Assembly: GCA_016281085.1 (NCBI GenBank)
Contig: JAEEHY010000290.1
Location: 1 to 41,464 of the forward strand
DNA from: Lachnospiraceae bacterium
GTDB lineage: Bacteria; Bacillota; Clostridia; Lachnospirales; Lachnospiraceae
Length of the DNA stretch: 41,464 nucleotides
Direction: 5' to 3'
The notes beneath the pieces are model-generated. The model was not told where the DNA came from, did not search any database, and was given only the letters and a program-made list of their open reading frames with translations. Shown one piece after another: positions 10,104 to 20,128 of this stretch (position 1 is its first letter; the number at the start of each line of letters is the position of its first letter). The translations under genes were made by a program, and so were the position numbers.

Positions 10104-11171
10104 ATGCTGAACATAGTTGATGCAGGAATGATGAATCTTCCTGTTTTTATAAGAAGATATACCGACTCGAAGGAGTTTGCGGATATGATCCATGGTTATC
10201 GCGAGATAACCGGAGGATATAACTATGCAATAGAGAACCTTACAGAGCTTCCGGTAGACGAAAGATACGCCCGCGTCAGTGATGTAATAGTTACAAGAAA
10301 GAAAGCAATGTATACCTCCTACAGAACACAGGAGGTCTGTCCGGTTACGCTTAATGCATATCTTGTTGATTTCAACAATTACGTAGTGGTCATGTCCACC
10401 GATGCTTCCCATATATACGGCAAGAGAGTTATGAAGGCCGGTTTTAAATCCACGGAATTTGAGCCGATAGGAGTACTTGGGAAGAAGAAGGTGCATGTAT
10501 ATCTTGCGACCAGGTATTATCAGGGGATACTTCCCAAGATCGGATCGGATATAGCGAGGTTTAAGGATGACAGGAAGAAGAAATGCACAGGCTCAAGAGG
10601 TGAAGTGACCTATGATATCAAGCCGGAGCTCATGAAGGCCATGCTTGAATATGATAAGAAGAGGGGTGCCAACAGTCTTAAGTCATGCATAATTCTGACA
10701 TTTGGTAAGATCGTCTGCGGACTTGTTTCGAGAGAAGCCATAATAATAAAGACAAGGCATGAAGGCGGGTTACTCCGCTGGGTACCGATGATCTTCAACA
10801 ATGATGATGATTACAGTGTGCAGTTTACCGATATCAAAGACGTTTATGAGAAGGCTGAGGTATATGACAGCTGCAGTGTTGATATACTTAACAGTGAATT
10901 AAGATACGATTGTGAGGAGTATTCAACACTGTCTTATGAATTTCTTACACAGAATACATATAACGATTTCCTGCGTCAGGTTGAACCGAATAAGACCTAT
11001 TTCATAGATTCCTACGGACATGAGAAAGCACCTGTGGCTGTAAGGCTTGAGATCACAGATACTTCCATGCAGATCACCTATTCGTATGATACGGGTTATC
11101 TTGAAGGAGTTGATATCGGGAAGGTTCATGAGATGTTTCTTGTCTTGATCACCCGTGTCGTTAACACGTAA
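10104..11171 (+). CDS. Hypothetical protein; no domain recognised
   Basis: 355-aa ORF with an AAGGGGA RBS, no transmembrane segment or signal peptide, and ordinary-looking codon usage. I recognise no conserved motif. Confidence 0.6.
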   Translation: MLNIVDAGMMNLPVFIRRYTDSKEFADMIHGYREITGGYNYAIENLTELPVDERYARVSDVIVTRKKAMYTSYRTQEVCPVTLNAYLVDFNNYVVVMSTDASHIYGKRVMKAGFKSTEFEPIGVLGKKKVHVYLATRYYQGILPKIGSDIARFKDDRKKKCTGSRGEVTYDIKPELMKAMLEYDKKRGANSLKSCIILTFGKIVCGLVSREAIIIKTRHEGGLLRWVPMIFNNDDDYSVQFTDIKDVYEKAEVYDSCSVDILNSELRYDCEEYSTLSYEFLTQNTYNDFLRQVEPNKTYFIDSYGHEKAPVAVRLEITDTSMQITYSYDTGYLEGVDIGKVHEMFLVLITRVVNT

Positions 11172-11197
11172 TCTTAGCTTAAGGAGTCCGGAAGTCA

Positions 11198-14100
11198 TCA
11201 GACATCGGACTCCTTATCGCTTATATCGTCAATATCATCAATCGAATCATAATCCCTGTTACCGCTGTGACTGTTTGCAGCGGTTTTCTTTCTGCGTCTC
11301 CTGTTTTTCGCGGAAATGACTGCTATGATCACAATGACTGCAATTATGATAAGAGCAGCTGCTTCATATCCTGCGTATCTGACCAAAGGGTTGACATAGG
11401 TATTCTCGACCATGAATCTTACATCCAGGCCTTGTGTATTAAAGGTCAGATATCTGCCCATGGGAGTGGTTTCGGCTATTTCCATGTCATTACCGTTTAA
11501 AAGCCAGATCCGGACATCCGATGGATTTACACCGGCCGGAGGTGCATAACGGACCAGATGCTCATTACGTACATCATCAGGAATCTCAAGTGTCCATGTC
11601 TCTATAACATTTTCTTCTGTACTGATCCCGCTGACAGTGGATTTGAAATAGTCTCCTTCAATAAATCTTCCGTCTACAAGAACAGCCGACTGTATGTTGT
11701 CACGAAGCTGCATACTTCCCAGGGTTGTTATATATCTGGCTGTTTTTCCTATAAGCTCCGAATCGCTTCTTATATCATTGAGATTTGAATTTTCCCAATC
11801 CCATGAAATGTACTCGCCTTCAGAGATTTCCACCGGAAGTGTTGAGACGGAGGAATCATACTCATAATCTTTTACGGCTATCGGTTTATCATCCAGAACG
11901 AATCTGACCTTAATGGAGCGGAATTCGGAGGGGATATTATCCATGGCAAGAAGTTCGCTGTATGTCACCGGTTCGGCCTTACCGCTGTAGCTTACCCTGT
12001 CGATCCCGGCCTGATCATCCGATACGAAATAATTGTTTTTGATCCTTCCGGTGTTACTGTTATCACCTGCTATGGCACCGAGAAAGCTTTCGGAACTTAC
12101 TATTGTGGGAAGAGAAATACATCCGCTTATGTCATAACCCTTGCCGGCAATACCTCCGATATAGCTGTCTCCCACAAGTATTCCCTTGGTATAGCAATCC
12201 ATTATGGTTGAAAGGGATTCACCTGAAATACCTCCGATATAATCTCCCGAATTGCTCTTCAGCTTGCCGTAATTGTGGCATGAAAGGATGGTTCCCATTT
12301 CCTGAAAACCGCATATGCCGCCTACATGATCCTTTACGCCTTCGACATAACCTTCGTTTTTATCATTTCTCATTACACATTTAGTACGGTAGGTTGTTCC
12401 GGCCGCTGCGTCTTTTATACCTGTGATATCACTTTCAAGGTCAAAGTCGTATTCGATCGCCATTGTTCCGGCAATACCCGATGAGTTGATGTCACCGTAG
12501 ATGCTTCCGTAGTTTATTGAATCTGCAATGGTGGCATCTGTGCAGTCCCTGGCAACGGATACGGAAGTATCTTCATAGACATCCGTGTAATCCTGATCGA
12601 GGACACCGTCGATCGCATCTGCAATCAGGATCATTATGACGTTAAACTGGTCGTTGACCTTGACCATATCATCAATAAGCTGCTGATTGGATGAATTCAT
12701 TTCGTTATTGAGGAGTCCCAGACTGTCGCTCATTCCCTGTATGTTGGCGATCAGACTGCCGGATCTGGCCTGATATTCATCAGATAACCTTGGAAGCGTT
12801 ATTGCCGGCCGGGAGCTCAGATCGGACACTATATCTTTTGTGGCAGATACAGTTCCACCCAAATCCCTTATGGATCGTTTGGTGTGATCTATTGCATATC
12901 GTATATCCCTGCCTGTTGCCTCGCCCATATCGTCTGCATGGGCAATAATATAGCCGGACATATCCTCTACATTGTCAGCTTCGTAATCAAAGAAGCTGGT
13001 ACCGTATTTCTTTTCAAAGTCTTCGTCGGAAATACGTGATATAGCGGCATCTGCAGAACCCTCTGCAGACAGATCCAGTAACTTGTCCTCTTCTCTGTAT
13101 GCTTCATCTGATGAAGGGAAGTCGGTATAAGCGGGAGGCTCGGTACTGCTGTCTTTGTGTGCAAGTCTTGCAACGTTATCATATTCTGAATTGTTTCCTG
13201 ATACAGTATCTGAAAATACGGTTTTTTTGTCGGGCCAGGGTATTTCCCTTCCGTCCCCGTCAAGCAGCACAAGATTGGAACTTGTGGGCCTGTTGCTGTT
13301 TATATATCCGTAATAATAATCCTTATAATACTTATTTTCATTTTCGTCATGGAATTTGCTGTAATCATCTGAGGCCTGTTTGATATTATCCTTTGCCTTG
13401 TTGTAGCTTACCTCTTCCTCCTCTGAAAAATATTTGTGGATATCAAGGTCATCGACAGCATTAACAAGATCGTCCGCAGCACTTGAAATCTCGGTGATCG
13501 AAGACTTTGCCTTATCAAATGCACCTCCGCTTTTGGTCGATTCATTCATTGCATATTCGACACGGCTTAACACTTCATCGCCTTTTTCAGCAATACTGTT
13601 GATATAATTCTCGGTTTCAGTTGACAGATAAGAGGTATCATTAAGTGCCTTGTCGGTAAAACTCTTTACCATATTTAAACGTGCGGTTACAAGATTGGAC
13701 TCACTTCCGGCGTCATTCAGGGTTACATTTACCAGATCATGAAGAGTGTTCATATTGGATGTGAGCTGTCCGACAATGTCCTCGGTTATATCTATAACGA
13801 CATAGGGTTCAGCCTGACCGGCTATTCCGCCAACGTCCTTACGCCCATATATTTCACCGTTGTTTACGCACATGTCAATGAAGCCGTTCTGCCGTCCGGC
13901 TATGCCTCCGATGTTGTAGCCGACATGTTCGTAGCCTACGAGGGAATTGTTTGTACAGCATGTAATGATACCGTGGGAATAGCCGCAGATACCGCCTACA
14001 TCGACAGTGCTGTTAAGTACACTTGTATAGTCCTTTTTGGTGTTGGGGTCAAACAGGTTAAGAATGTTGTTTGAGAATTTATCTATATCAAAATTCTGTA

Positions 14101-14971
14101 CAGAGATAGTTTCGTCAATACTTGAAATATTGACCTTTGAATCATTGATACATCCGTTCAGGGTACCCATATTGTAACCTGTGATACCACCTGTGAAATG
14201 CATACCAACAACATAGCCGCTGCTTTTGCAGCTGCTTATGACACCGGTCTGCTCATTGTATCCGGCAATGCCTCCCGTATAGTCATATCCGTTGACATTT
14301 CCTTCAAAGGTGCAGTTGCTTATCAGGCCGTAATTGTCACCGACTATGCCGCCGGTCGCGAGTTGCTCGCCCGAAGCAACATTGGAACCCTGAACATGAA
14401 GATCCTTTATAACGGCACTTTCCTGGGTGATACAGAACAGTCCGGTATAGCTTCCGCTGTTGGTTATTGATATTCCGGAGATGGTATGTCCCTGTCCGTC
14501 GAAGACTCCGCTGAAGATAGGTATATATTTGAAATCGCTTCCGTCAAGCATTATGTCGTTTTTGAGGATCACATACTTATCCCTTGACCATGTATCAAGC
14601 CTGCAGTTTTTGGCCAGCATTTTCATATCATCAGCATTTTCGATATAGAGGGTTGTTTTATCGTATATATCATTTGCGCTGAGAATACCGCTCACATCTT
14701 CGGCGTATGTCATTTCGTCCGGATCTGACGAGCCGTTTTCGTTATCCCCTGATGAAGAGCTGTCATCCACCCTGATCTCATTACCGTTATCATCAACACG
14801 TATGACTTCAACATTGGGAGCCTTCCCGCTCCCTTCGACTACATTAAGCTTATTTCCTATCCCGGCATGAACGGGTGATGAACAGGATAATATAAGAGAG
14901 AGACTTATGATAAAAGTCATATAGGAGGCAATCCTTCTGTTTGTGCCTGCAGATTTAGTTCTTTTCATCAT
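11198..14971 (-). CDS. Large cell-surface protein with two GLUG-motif beta-helix blocks, a signal peptide and a C-terminal TM anchor
   Basis: GGAGG lies 6 nt before the ATGATG at 14971. The N-terminal signal is MMKRTKSAGTNRRIASYMTFIISLSLILSCSS. There are eleven GGI(A/C/T/V/S)G-type repeats (TGGIVGD, TGGIAGY, VGGICGY and others) in two blocks. The C-terminus has the hydrophobic AAALIIIAVIVIIAVISA followed by KNRRRRKK. Confidence 0.8.
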   Translation of the reverse strand: MMKRTKSAGTNRRIASYMTFIISLSLILSCSSPVHAGIGNKLNVVEGSGKAPNVEVIRVDDNGNEIRVDDSSSSGDNENGSSDPDEMTYAEDVSGILSANDIYDKTTLYIENADDMKMLAKNCRLDTWSRDKYVILKNDIMLDGSDFKYIPIFSGVFDGQGHTISGISITNSGSYTGLFCITQESAVIKDLHVQGSNVASGEQLATGGIVGDNYGLISNCTFEGNVNGYDYTGGIAGYNEQTGVISSCKSSGYVVGMHFTGGITGYNMGTLNGCINDSKVNISSIDETISVQNFDIDKFSNNILNLFDPNTKKDYTSVLNSTVDVGGICGYSHGIITCCTNNSLVGYEHVGYNIGGIAGRQNGFIDMCVNNGEIYGRKDVGGIAGQAEPYVVIDITEDIVGQLTSNMNTLHDLVNVTLNDAGSESNLVTARLNMVKSFTDKALNDTSYLSTETENYINSIAEKGDEVLSRVEYAMNESTKSGGAFDKAKSSITEISSAADDLVNAVDDLDIHKYFSEEEEVSYNKAKDNIKQASDDYSKFHDENENKYYKDYYYGYINSNRPTSSNLVLLDGDGREIPWPDKKTVFSDTVSGNNSEYDNVARLAHKDSSTEPPAYTDFPSSDEAYREEDKLLDLSAEGSADAAISRISDEDFEKKYGTSFFDYEADNVEDMSGYIIAHADDMGEATGRDIRYAIDHTKRSIRDLGGTVSATKDIVSDLSSRPAITLPRLSDEYQARSGSLIANIQGMSDSLGLLNNEMNSSNQQLIDDMVKVNDQFNVIMILIADAIDGVLDQDYTDVYEDTSVSVARDCTDATIADSINYGSIYGDINSSGIAGTMAIEYDFDLESDITGIKDAAAGTTYRTKCVMRNDKNEGYVEGVKDHVGGICGFQEMGTILSCHNYGKLKSNSGDYIGGISGESLSTIMDCYTKGILVGDSYIGGIAGKGYDISGCISLPTIVSSESFLGAIAGDNSNTGRIKNNYFVSDDQAGIDRVSYSGKAEPVTYSELLAMDNIPSEFRSIKVRFVLDDKPIAVKDYEYDSSVSTLPVEISEGEYISWDWENSNLNDIRSDSELIGKTARYITTLGSMQLRDNIQSAVLVDGRFIEGDYFKSTVSGISTEENVIETWTLEIPDDVRNEHLVRYAPPAGVNPSDVRIWLLNGNDMEIAETTPMGRYLTFNTQGLDVRFMVENTYVNPLVRYAGYEAAALIIIAVIVIIAVISAKNRRRRKKTAANSHSGNRDYDSIDDIDDISDKESDV

Positions 14972-17471
14972 CTCCGGCCTCCTTTTCATTGTTTTCGTTT
15001 ATCTGTACAGGCATGCCGGAAACTATGGAGGCAGCCTCTTCTTCGGTGAGTCCGGTAATGTTTCCGGCCTCGACAAAGGCGCTTATATCACCTCTTACCA
15101 CCGCATTCATGGTACCGGTGACCACGCCGTTTATGCGTCCCCTTACGATACCGTTAACACGGTTAAGACCCTGAGCCTCTTTTGTACGTATCGGCATATT
15201 CATTATAAATGCTGTTTTGCTGATTATGGTATCGCCTACAAGCAGGATCTGCGGCAGTACGAACATGGTAATGAATATGGAGATTATTGTGCCTCGTCCG
15301 AGGCATTGTCCTATTCCGTATATAGCACCGTCAGATGTAAGACGACCGATGAGTATACCGGCTACCGCGAGCATGGTTCCCGAAGTTACTATTGTGGGGA
15401 ATGATGCATTCATTGTTTCAATAATTGAGTCGCACCGTCCCCTGGTTGCCCTCAGTTCAGTGTACCTGCCCGCTATTACGATCGCATAGTCGATGTTTGC
15501 ACCCATCTGTATGGAACTTACTATCAGTTGGCTTAAGAAGAAAATATTATCATGCTCCAATGCAGGAACAGAGAAGTTGATCCAGATACTTCCCTGAATG
15601 ACTGCAATGAGAAGCACCGGCATACCGGCCGATTTAAACGTAAACAGAAGTACAACCAGTACAACAAGGATGGATACAATATTTACAACCAGATTATCTC
15701 TGGAAAATGTTTTCTTAAGTTCATACTGACTTACCGATTCACCGACGGTATAGATATTGCTGTGGTAGTATGTATGAGCTATTTCATGCATCTTATCGAT
15801 GAAATCGAAGGTTTCCTGACTTTCCTGCGGAAGGTTCAGATAAACAAGGATACGCGAATAACTTTCTCCCTGCAGCTGTTCCTTTGCAAAGTTGATCATT
15901 CTGTATGCTTCGTCAAGGGTATCTTTTGTTTCTTTATCCAGAGAAACGTATCCCTGGTCTATTTCATCATGTATGAACATGAACATATCGATAAGCGGAA
16001 CCTTGTATGAGGTCAGTCCGTTGACTGCCTTTGCATAGTCCTCATCATTAACGGCATATGCGGCATATATCAGTTCGGCTATTTCGAAATCAATGTCAAT
16101 GAGCTCTGAGAACTGACGCGGTGACAGAGGATCCGTAAGCGTGTAGCCACCCATTGCTTCGGTGTTTGCAAGTCCTGTACAGGATTTTACCTCCCTGCAG
16201 GCTTCCAGTTTCTGGATCAGTCGTTTTTCGTTATCGTAATTGCCTGCCGGAACAACAAGAGCGATCAGGTTATCGCTATTGAAATTGTCGGCTATCATTT
16301 CATCCGCTATCTGTACATCATTTTTTATGGGAGTCTCCAGGGTGGAGTACCCAAATACATACGGACATTTATGCTGTATGATGAAGGCTGCAATGATGGC
16401 TGCGAGAAACAGCGGAGCAACGATAAATCTGGAATGGTAGTCGAATTTACCGACAAAGGGAATATCCGGAATGAAATTCCTGTGCTGGGTCTTTTCCATA
16501 AGAGGAGCAAACAGCATGATTATTCCGGGCATGAGAAGGAATACCGATATAAGGCTTAAGATTATGGCTTTGATCAGTACAACACCAAGGTCCGGGCCTA
16601 TCTGATACTGCATAAAGGTCATCGCTATAAGGCCGCCGATCGTTGTAAGCGAGCTTCCGGATATCTCGGGTATCGCCTTTGTAAGGGCTGTTATCACTGC
16701 CTCACGAGGCTCCTTGTCCCGATGCTCTTCCTTGTATCTGTTAAGGAAAATGACTGCGTAGTCAACCGACAGTGCAAGCTGGAGAACAATGGTCACCGAA
16801 TCCGATACGAACGAAATGGTGCCGAGGAAAAAGTTTGATCCAAGCTGCAGCACCGCACCTGCACCAAATGTGATAAGAAGTACCGGTATCTCTGCATAAG
16901 CCTGTGTGGTAATAAGCAGAACAGTCAGCACAACTATCACTACAAGAACCGATATGACCTGCATTTCTTTGTTAATGAGTTCTGCCTGAATGTCGCCGAG
17001 TGTTGTGGAAAGATATGCATCATAGGGTTCAATAAAGGCCTTTACCTCATCAAGAGGCGGCATAACGGCAGGATCCTTCTCGTCATATTCAAAGGTGATG
17101 TTGAAAAGGGCCGATCCGTTGTTGTAATGAGATTCATCATTATCATACTCAACCCTGAACACACCATCGATATCTTCAAAGGATTTAACCAGTTTGTCCG
17201 CCTGATCGCAGGATATGTTGGCGATCATGACTTTACAGGAGCCATAGGTCTTAAACTCAGTCTCCATTAGATCGAGACCCTGTTTCGTTTCGGTGGATTG
17301 CGGAAGATAAGCCGCCAGAGAATTCTCAACCTTTACCCAGTTCCTTGAAAAGGCCGAGAAAACAGACAATAATATAAATACAAGAAAGAACAGATTGCGT
17401 TTATCTACAATAAATGCACATATTTTAAGCATGGCATTGCCACTGCTCTTTTCAGGAGCTGCAGGTTCCAT
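14955..17471 (-). CDS. MMPL/RND-superfamily membrane transporter with a C-terminal soluble tail
   Basis: 838 aa with GGAGG 9 nt before the ATG. It has two halves, each with a TM helix, a large loop and a TM bundle, as in MMPL proteins. Its stop at 14955 overlaps the downstream gene's start at 14971 by 17 nt. Confidence 0.8.
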   Translation of the reverse strand: MEPAAPEKSSGNAMLKICAFIVDKRNLFFLVFILLSVFSAFSRNWVKVENSLAAYLPQSTETKQGLDLMETEFKTYGSCKVMIANISCDQADKLVKSFEDIDGVFRVEYDNDESHYNNGSALFNITFEYDEKDPAVMPPLDEVKAFIEPYDAYLSTTLGDIQAELINKEMQVISVLVVIVVLTVLLITTQAYAEIPVLLITFGAGAVLQLGSNFFLGTISFVSDSVTIVLQLALSVDYAVIFLNRYKEEHRDKEPREAVITALTKAIPEISGSSLTTIGGLIAMTFMQYQIGPDLGVVLIKAIILSLISVFLLMPGIIMLFAPLMEKTQHRNFIPDIPFVGKFDYHSRFIVAPLFLAAIIAAFIIQHKCPYVFGYSTLETPIKNDVQIADEMIADNFNSDNLIALVVPAGNYDNEKRLIQKLEACREVKSCTGLANTEAMGGYTLTDPLSPRQFSELIDIDFEIAELIYAAYAVNDEDYAKAVNGLTSYKVPLIDMFMFIHDEIDQGYVSLDKETKDTLDEAYRMINFAKEQLQGESYSRILVYLNLPQESQETFDFIDKMHEIAHTYYHSNIYTVGESVSQYELKKTFSRDNLVVNIVSILVVLVVLLFTFKSAGMPVLLIAVIQGSIWINFSVPALEHDNIFFLSQLIVSSIQMGANIDYAIVIAGRYTELRATRGRCDSIIETMNASFPTIVTSGTMLAVAGILIGRLTSDGAIYGIGQCLGRGTIISIFITMFVLPQILLVGDTIISKTAFIMNMPIRTKEAQGLNRVNGIVRGRINGVVTGTMNAVVRGDISAFVEAGNITGLTEEEAASIVSGMPVQINENNEKEAGDDEKN

Positions 17472-17536
17472 GATAAAAAACCTCCGTCTGTAATATCTCC
17501 CCTCATATGTGTTATTGCAAAAGCGGTTATCAATGA

Positions 17537-17565
17537 ATTATATCACTTAACATAATAAGAGTAAA
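17537..17565 (-). promoter_or_regulatory. Putative promoter for the MMPL-GLUG operon
   Basis: On the minus strand: TTTACT, 17 nt, TGaTATAAT (extended -10). Confidence 0.4.
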
Positions 17566-17593
17566 GGTCGAAATTGATATGGCAAATATAAAA

Positions 17594-17622
17594 ATGACAA
17601 ATGTGAGGCATAATGTTATAAT
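17594..17622 (+). promoter_or_regulatory. Putative promoter for mutS2
   Basis: ATGACA, 17 nt, TGtTATAAT (extended -10), about 40 nt upstream of the mutS2 ATG. Confidence 0.45.
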
Positions 17623-17663
17623 CGAAAGAGTAACGTCTAGGTATGATATATTAATTTTCGATA

Positions 17664-20108
17664 ATGAACAGTAAGGTTTTAATTACTTTAGAATATGATA
17701 AAATAATAAAGCTGCTTGCGGACAGGGCCACTTCGGAGCCGGGCAGGCAAAAGTGCATGGAGCTTACGCCGCTCAGTGATCATGACGGAATAAACAGGCT
17801 GCAGCAGGAGACCTTTGATTCGACCGGAAGGCTGTTAAGGAACGGAGATGTAAGCTTTGGCGGCAATAAGGCTGTGGAAGCAAGCATGATGCGGCTTGAA
17901 AAGGGGAGCAGCATAAGCACACAGGAGCTTATGGACATAGCAGGGCTGCTGGAGAATACGGCAAGGGTACGTTCATACGGTCACAGAGGTGATGAAGAAT
18001 CAAAGGACTGCCTGGATGAGATGTTTGATGCACTATCTCCTTTGTCCGGGATTTCTTCTGAAATAAGGCGATGTATCATATCCTGCGATGAGATAGCCGA
18101 TGATGCGAGTCCTGAGCTTAAGAATATACGCCGTCATATAAGGGCAACCCAGGACAGGATACATACCAGGCTTAACAGCATGGTCAACAGTACATATAAG
18201 GCATATCTTCAGGATAATGTGGTGACCATGCGTGAGGGCAGGTACTGTATACCTGTTAAGGCGGAGTACAAGGGCAATGTGCCGGGCATGATACATGACA
18301 GATCATCCACGGCATCAACTCTGTTTATTGAACCTTCGGATATAGTTAATCTTAACAATGAAATAAAGGAGCTTCAGATAAAAGAGGCTAAGGAGATCGA
18401 GGTCATACTTGCATCACTCTCCGCATCCTGCGGTGAGCATACCGAAGAGATAAGGCTTAACCGCATACTTATGACCGAGCTTGACCATATATTTGCAAGA
18501 GGTCGGCTGGCGCTTGATATGAAGGCGACACGTCCGGAATTCAATAAAAACAGGGTGATCGATCTGAAGAAGGCCAGGCATCCTCTTATTGATAAGGGGA
18601 AGGTGGTACCGATCGATATAAGGCTTGGAGATGATTTTGACCTTCTTGTGATAACGGGGCCCAATACGGGCGGTAAGACCGTTGCGCTTAAGACACTGGG
18701 ACTGCTGACTCTTATGGGACAGGCAGGTCTGCAGATACCGGCACTTGACCATTCGCAGTTAAGCGTATTTGATGAGGTGTTTGCGGATATAGGTGATGAA
18801 CAGAGCATAGAGCAGAGCCTGTCCACCTTCTCTTCCCATATGAAGACAATAGTAAATATACTTGAAAATGCGAATGAGGCTTCACTCTGCCTGTTTGATG
18901 AACTCGGGGCCGGAACGGATCCCGTAGAAGGGGCTGCGCTGGCGACTGCGATCCTTGACAGGCTCCATCAGGCAGGAATAAGAACTGCGGCAACAACTCA
19001 TTACAGTGAATTAAAGGTATATGCTCTTCGTGAGGATCGTGTCTGCAATGCAAGCTGTGAGTTCAATGTTGATACGCTTGCGCCCACTTACCGGCTGCTC
19101 ATAGGTGTTCCCGGAAAGAGTAATGCATTTGCGATAGCCGGTAAGCTTGGACTGCCTTCATATATAATAGACAGTGCGAAGGAAAGGATCAGTGAAGCGG
19201 ATGAGAGCTTCGAGGATGTACTTTCGGAGCTTGAAGCAAACAGAGTACTGCTTGAACAGGAGAAGTTGACGATAAGGCAGTACAGGGAAGAGGCAGACAG
19301 ACTAAGGACTGATTATGAGGCTAAAAAGAATAAGCTTAACGAACAGAAAGAACGTATACTTTCCGAAGCAAGAGAAGAGGCCTTAAGGATACTTTCGGAA
19401 GCAAAGGACAGCGCTGACGAAGCCATACGCAACTTCCATAAGAACGGTTCCATTCAGTCGATGGAAAATGAGCGCACCGGACTCAGGGAGAAGATCGGCA
19501 AGATAAGGAATGATATGGGGAAGATATCAGCTGATAAGGCTTCAGCAGGAAAGGCAAAACAGACAGGACGTCCCGTGAGCCGTGATGATATCAAGCCGGG
19601 AGCAGCGGTCAGGATAATATCGATGGATCTTAAGGGTACGGTAAGTTCACTGCCCGATAAAAAGGGTAATCTTTTTGTTCAGTGCGGTATCATGAACATT
19701 AAAGCCGGTATGAATGATATTGAGTTTGTAATGCCGGAGGATAACATAAACTCCGGTTCCGGCAGAGGATATGAGGGCAGCACCGGTAAGAGATCCGGAA
19801 ATAAAAAGAGCGGAAGCAAAGGCGGAGGATACGGTTCTGTATACGGACTGTCAAAGGCAGGCACCATATCCGTAGAGCTTAATCTCATAGGATGTACAAC
19901 GGATGAAGCGATACCGAAGCTTGAGAAATATCTTGATGATGCATACCTGTCGCATCTTGAAACGGTAAGGATAGTACACGGCAAGGGTACGGGTGCATTG
20001 AGAAACGCGGTATGGAATTATCTGAAACGGATGAAATACGTTAAATCATATAAGCTGGCGGAATACGGAGAAGGCGATGCCGGCGTAACCATAGTAACAT
20101 TCAAGTAG
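17664..20108 (+). CDS. mutS2: Endonuclease MutS2 (MutS domain V ATPase plus C-terminal Smr domain)
   Basis: 814 aa with Walker A GPNTGGKT, the DELGAGTDP motif, a coiled-coil linker and a C-terminal Smr region (VRIVHGKGTGALR). Confidence 0.95.
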   Translation: MNSKVLITLEYDKIIKLLADRATSEPGRQKCMELTPLSDHDGINRLQQETFDSTGRLLRNGDVSFGGNKAVEASMMRLEKGSSISTQELMDIAGLLENTARVRSYGHRGDEESKDCLDEMFDALSPLSGISSEIRRCIISCDEIADDASPELKNIRRHIRATQDRIHTRLNSMVNSTYKAYLQDNVVTMREGRYCIPVKAEYKGNVPGMIHDRSSTASTLFIEPSDIVNLNNEIKELQIKEAKEIEVILASLSASCGEHTEEIRLNRILMTELDHIFARGRLALDMKATRPEFNKNRVIDLKKARHPLIDKGKVVPIDIRLGDDFDLLVITGPNTGGKTVALKTLGLLTLMGQAGLQIPALDHSQLSVFDEVFADIGDEQSIEQSLSTFSSHMKTIVNILENANEASLCLFDELGAGTDPVEGAALATAILDRLHQAGIRTAATTHYSELKVYALREDRVCNASCEFNVDTLAPTYRLLIGVPGKSNAFAIAGKLGLPSYIIDSAKERISEADESFEDVLSELEANRVLLEQEKLTIRQYREEADRLRTDYEAKKNKLNEQKERILSEAREEALRILSEAKDSADEAIRNFHKNGSIQSMENERTGLREKIGKIRNDMGKISADKASAGKAKQTGRPVSRDDIKPGAAVRIISMDLKGTVSSLPDKKGNLFVQCGIMNIKAGMNDIEFVMPEDNINSGSGRGYEGSTGKRSGNKKSGSKGGGYGSVYGLSKAGTISVELNLIGCTTDEAIPKLEKYLDDAYLSHLETVRIVHGKGTGALRNAVWNYLKRMKYVKSYKLAEYGEGDAGVTIVTFK

Positions 20109-20128
20109 CCTTAAACAGAGGAGAGATC

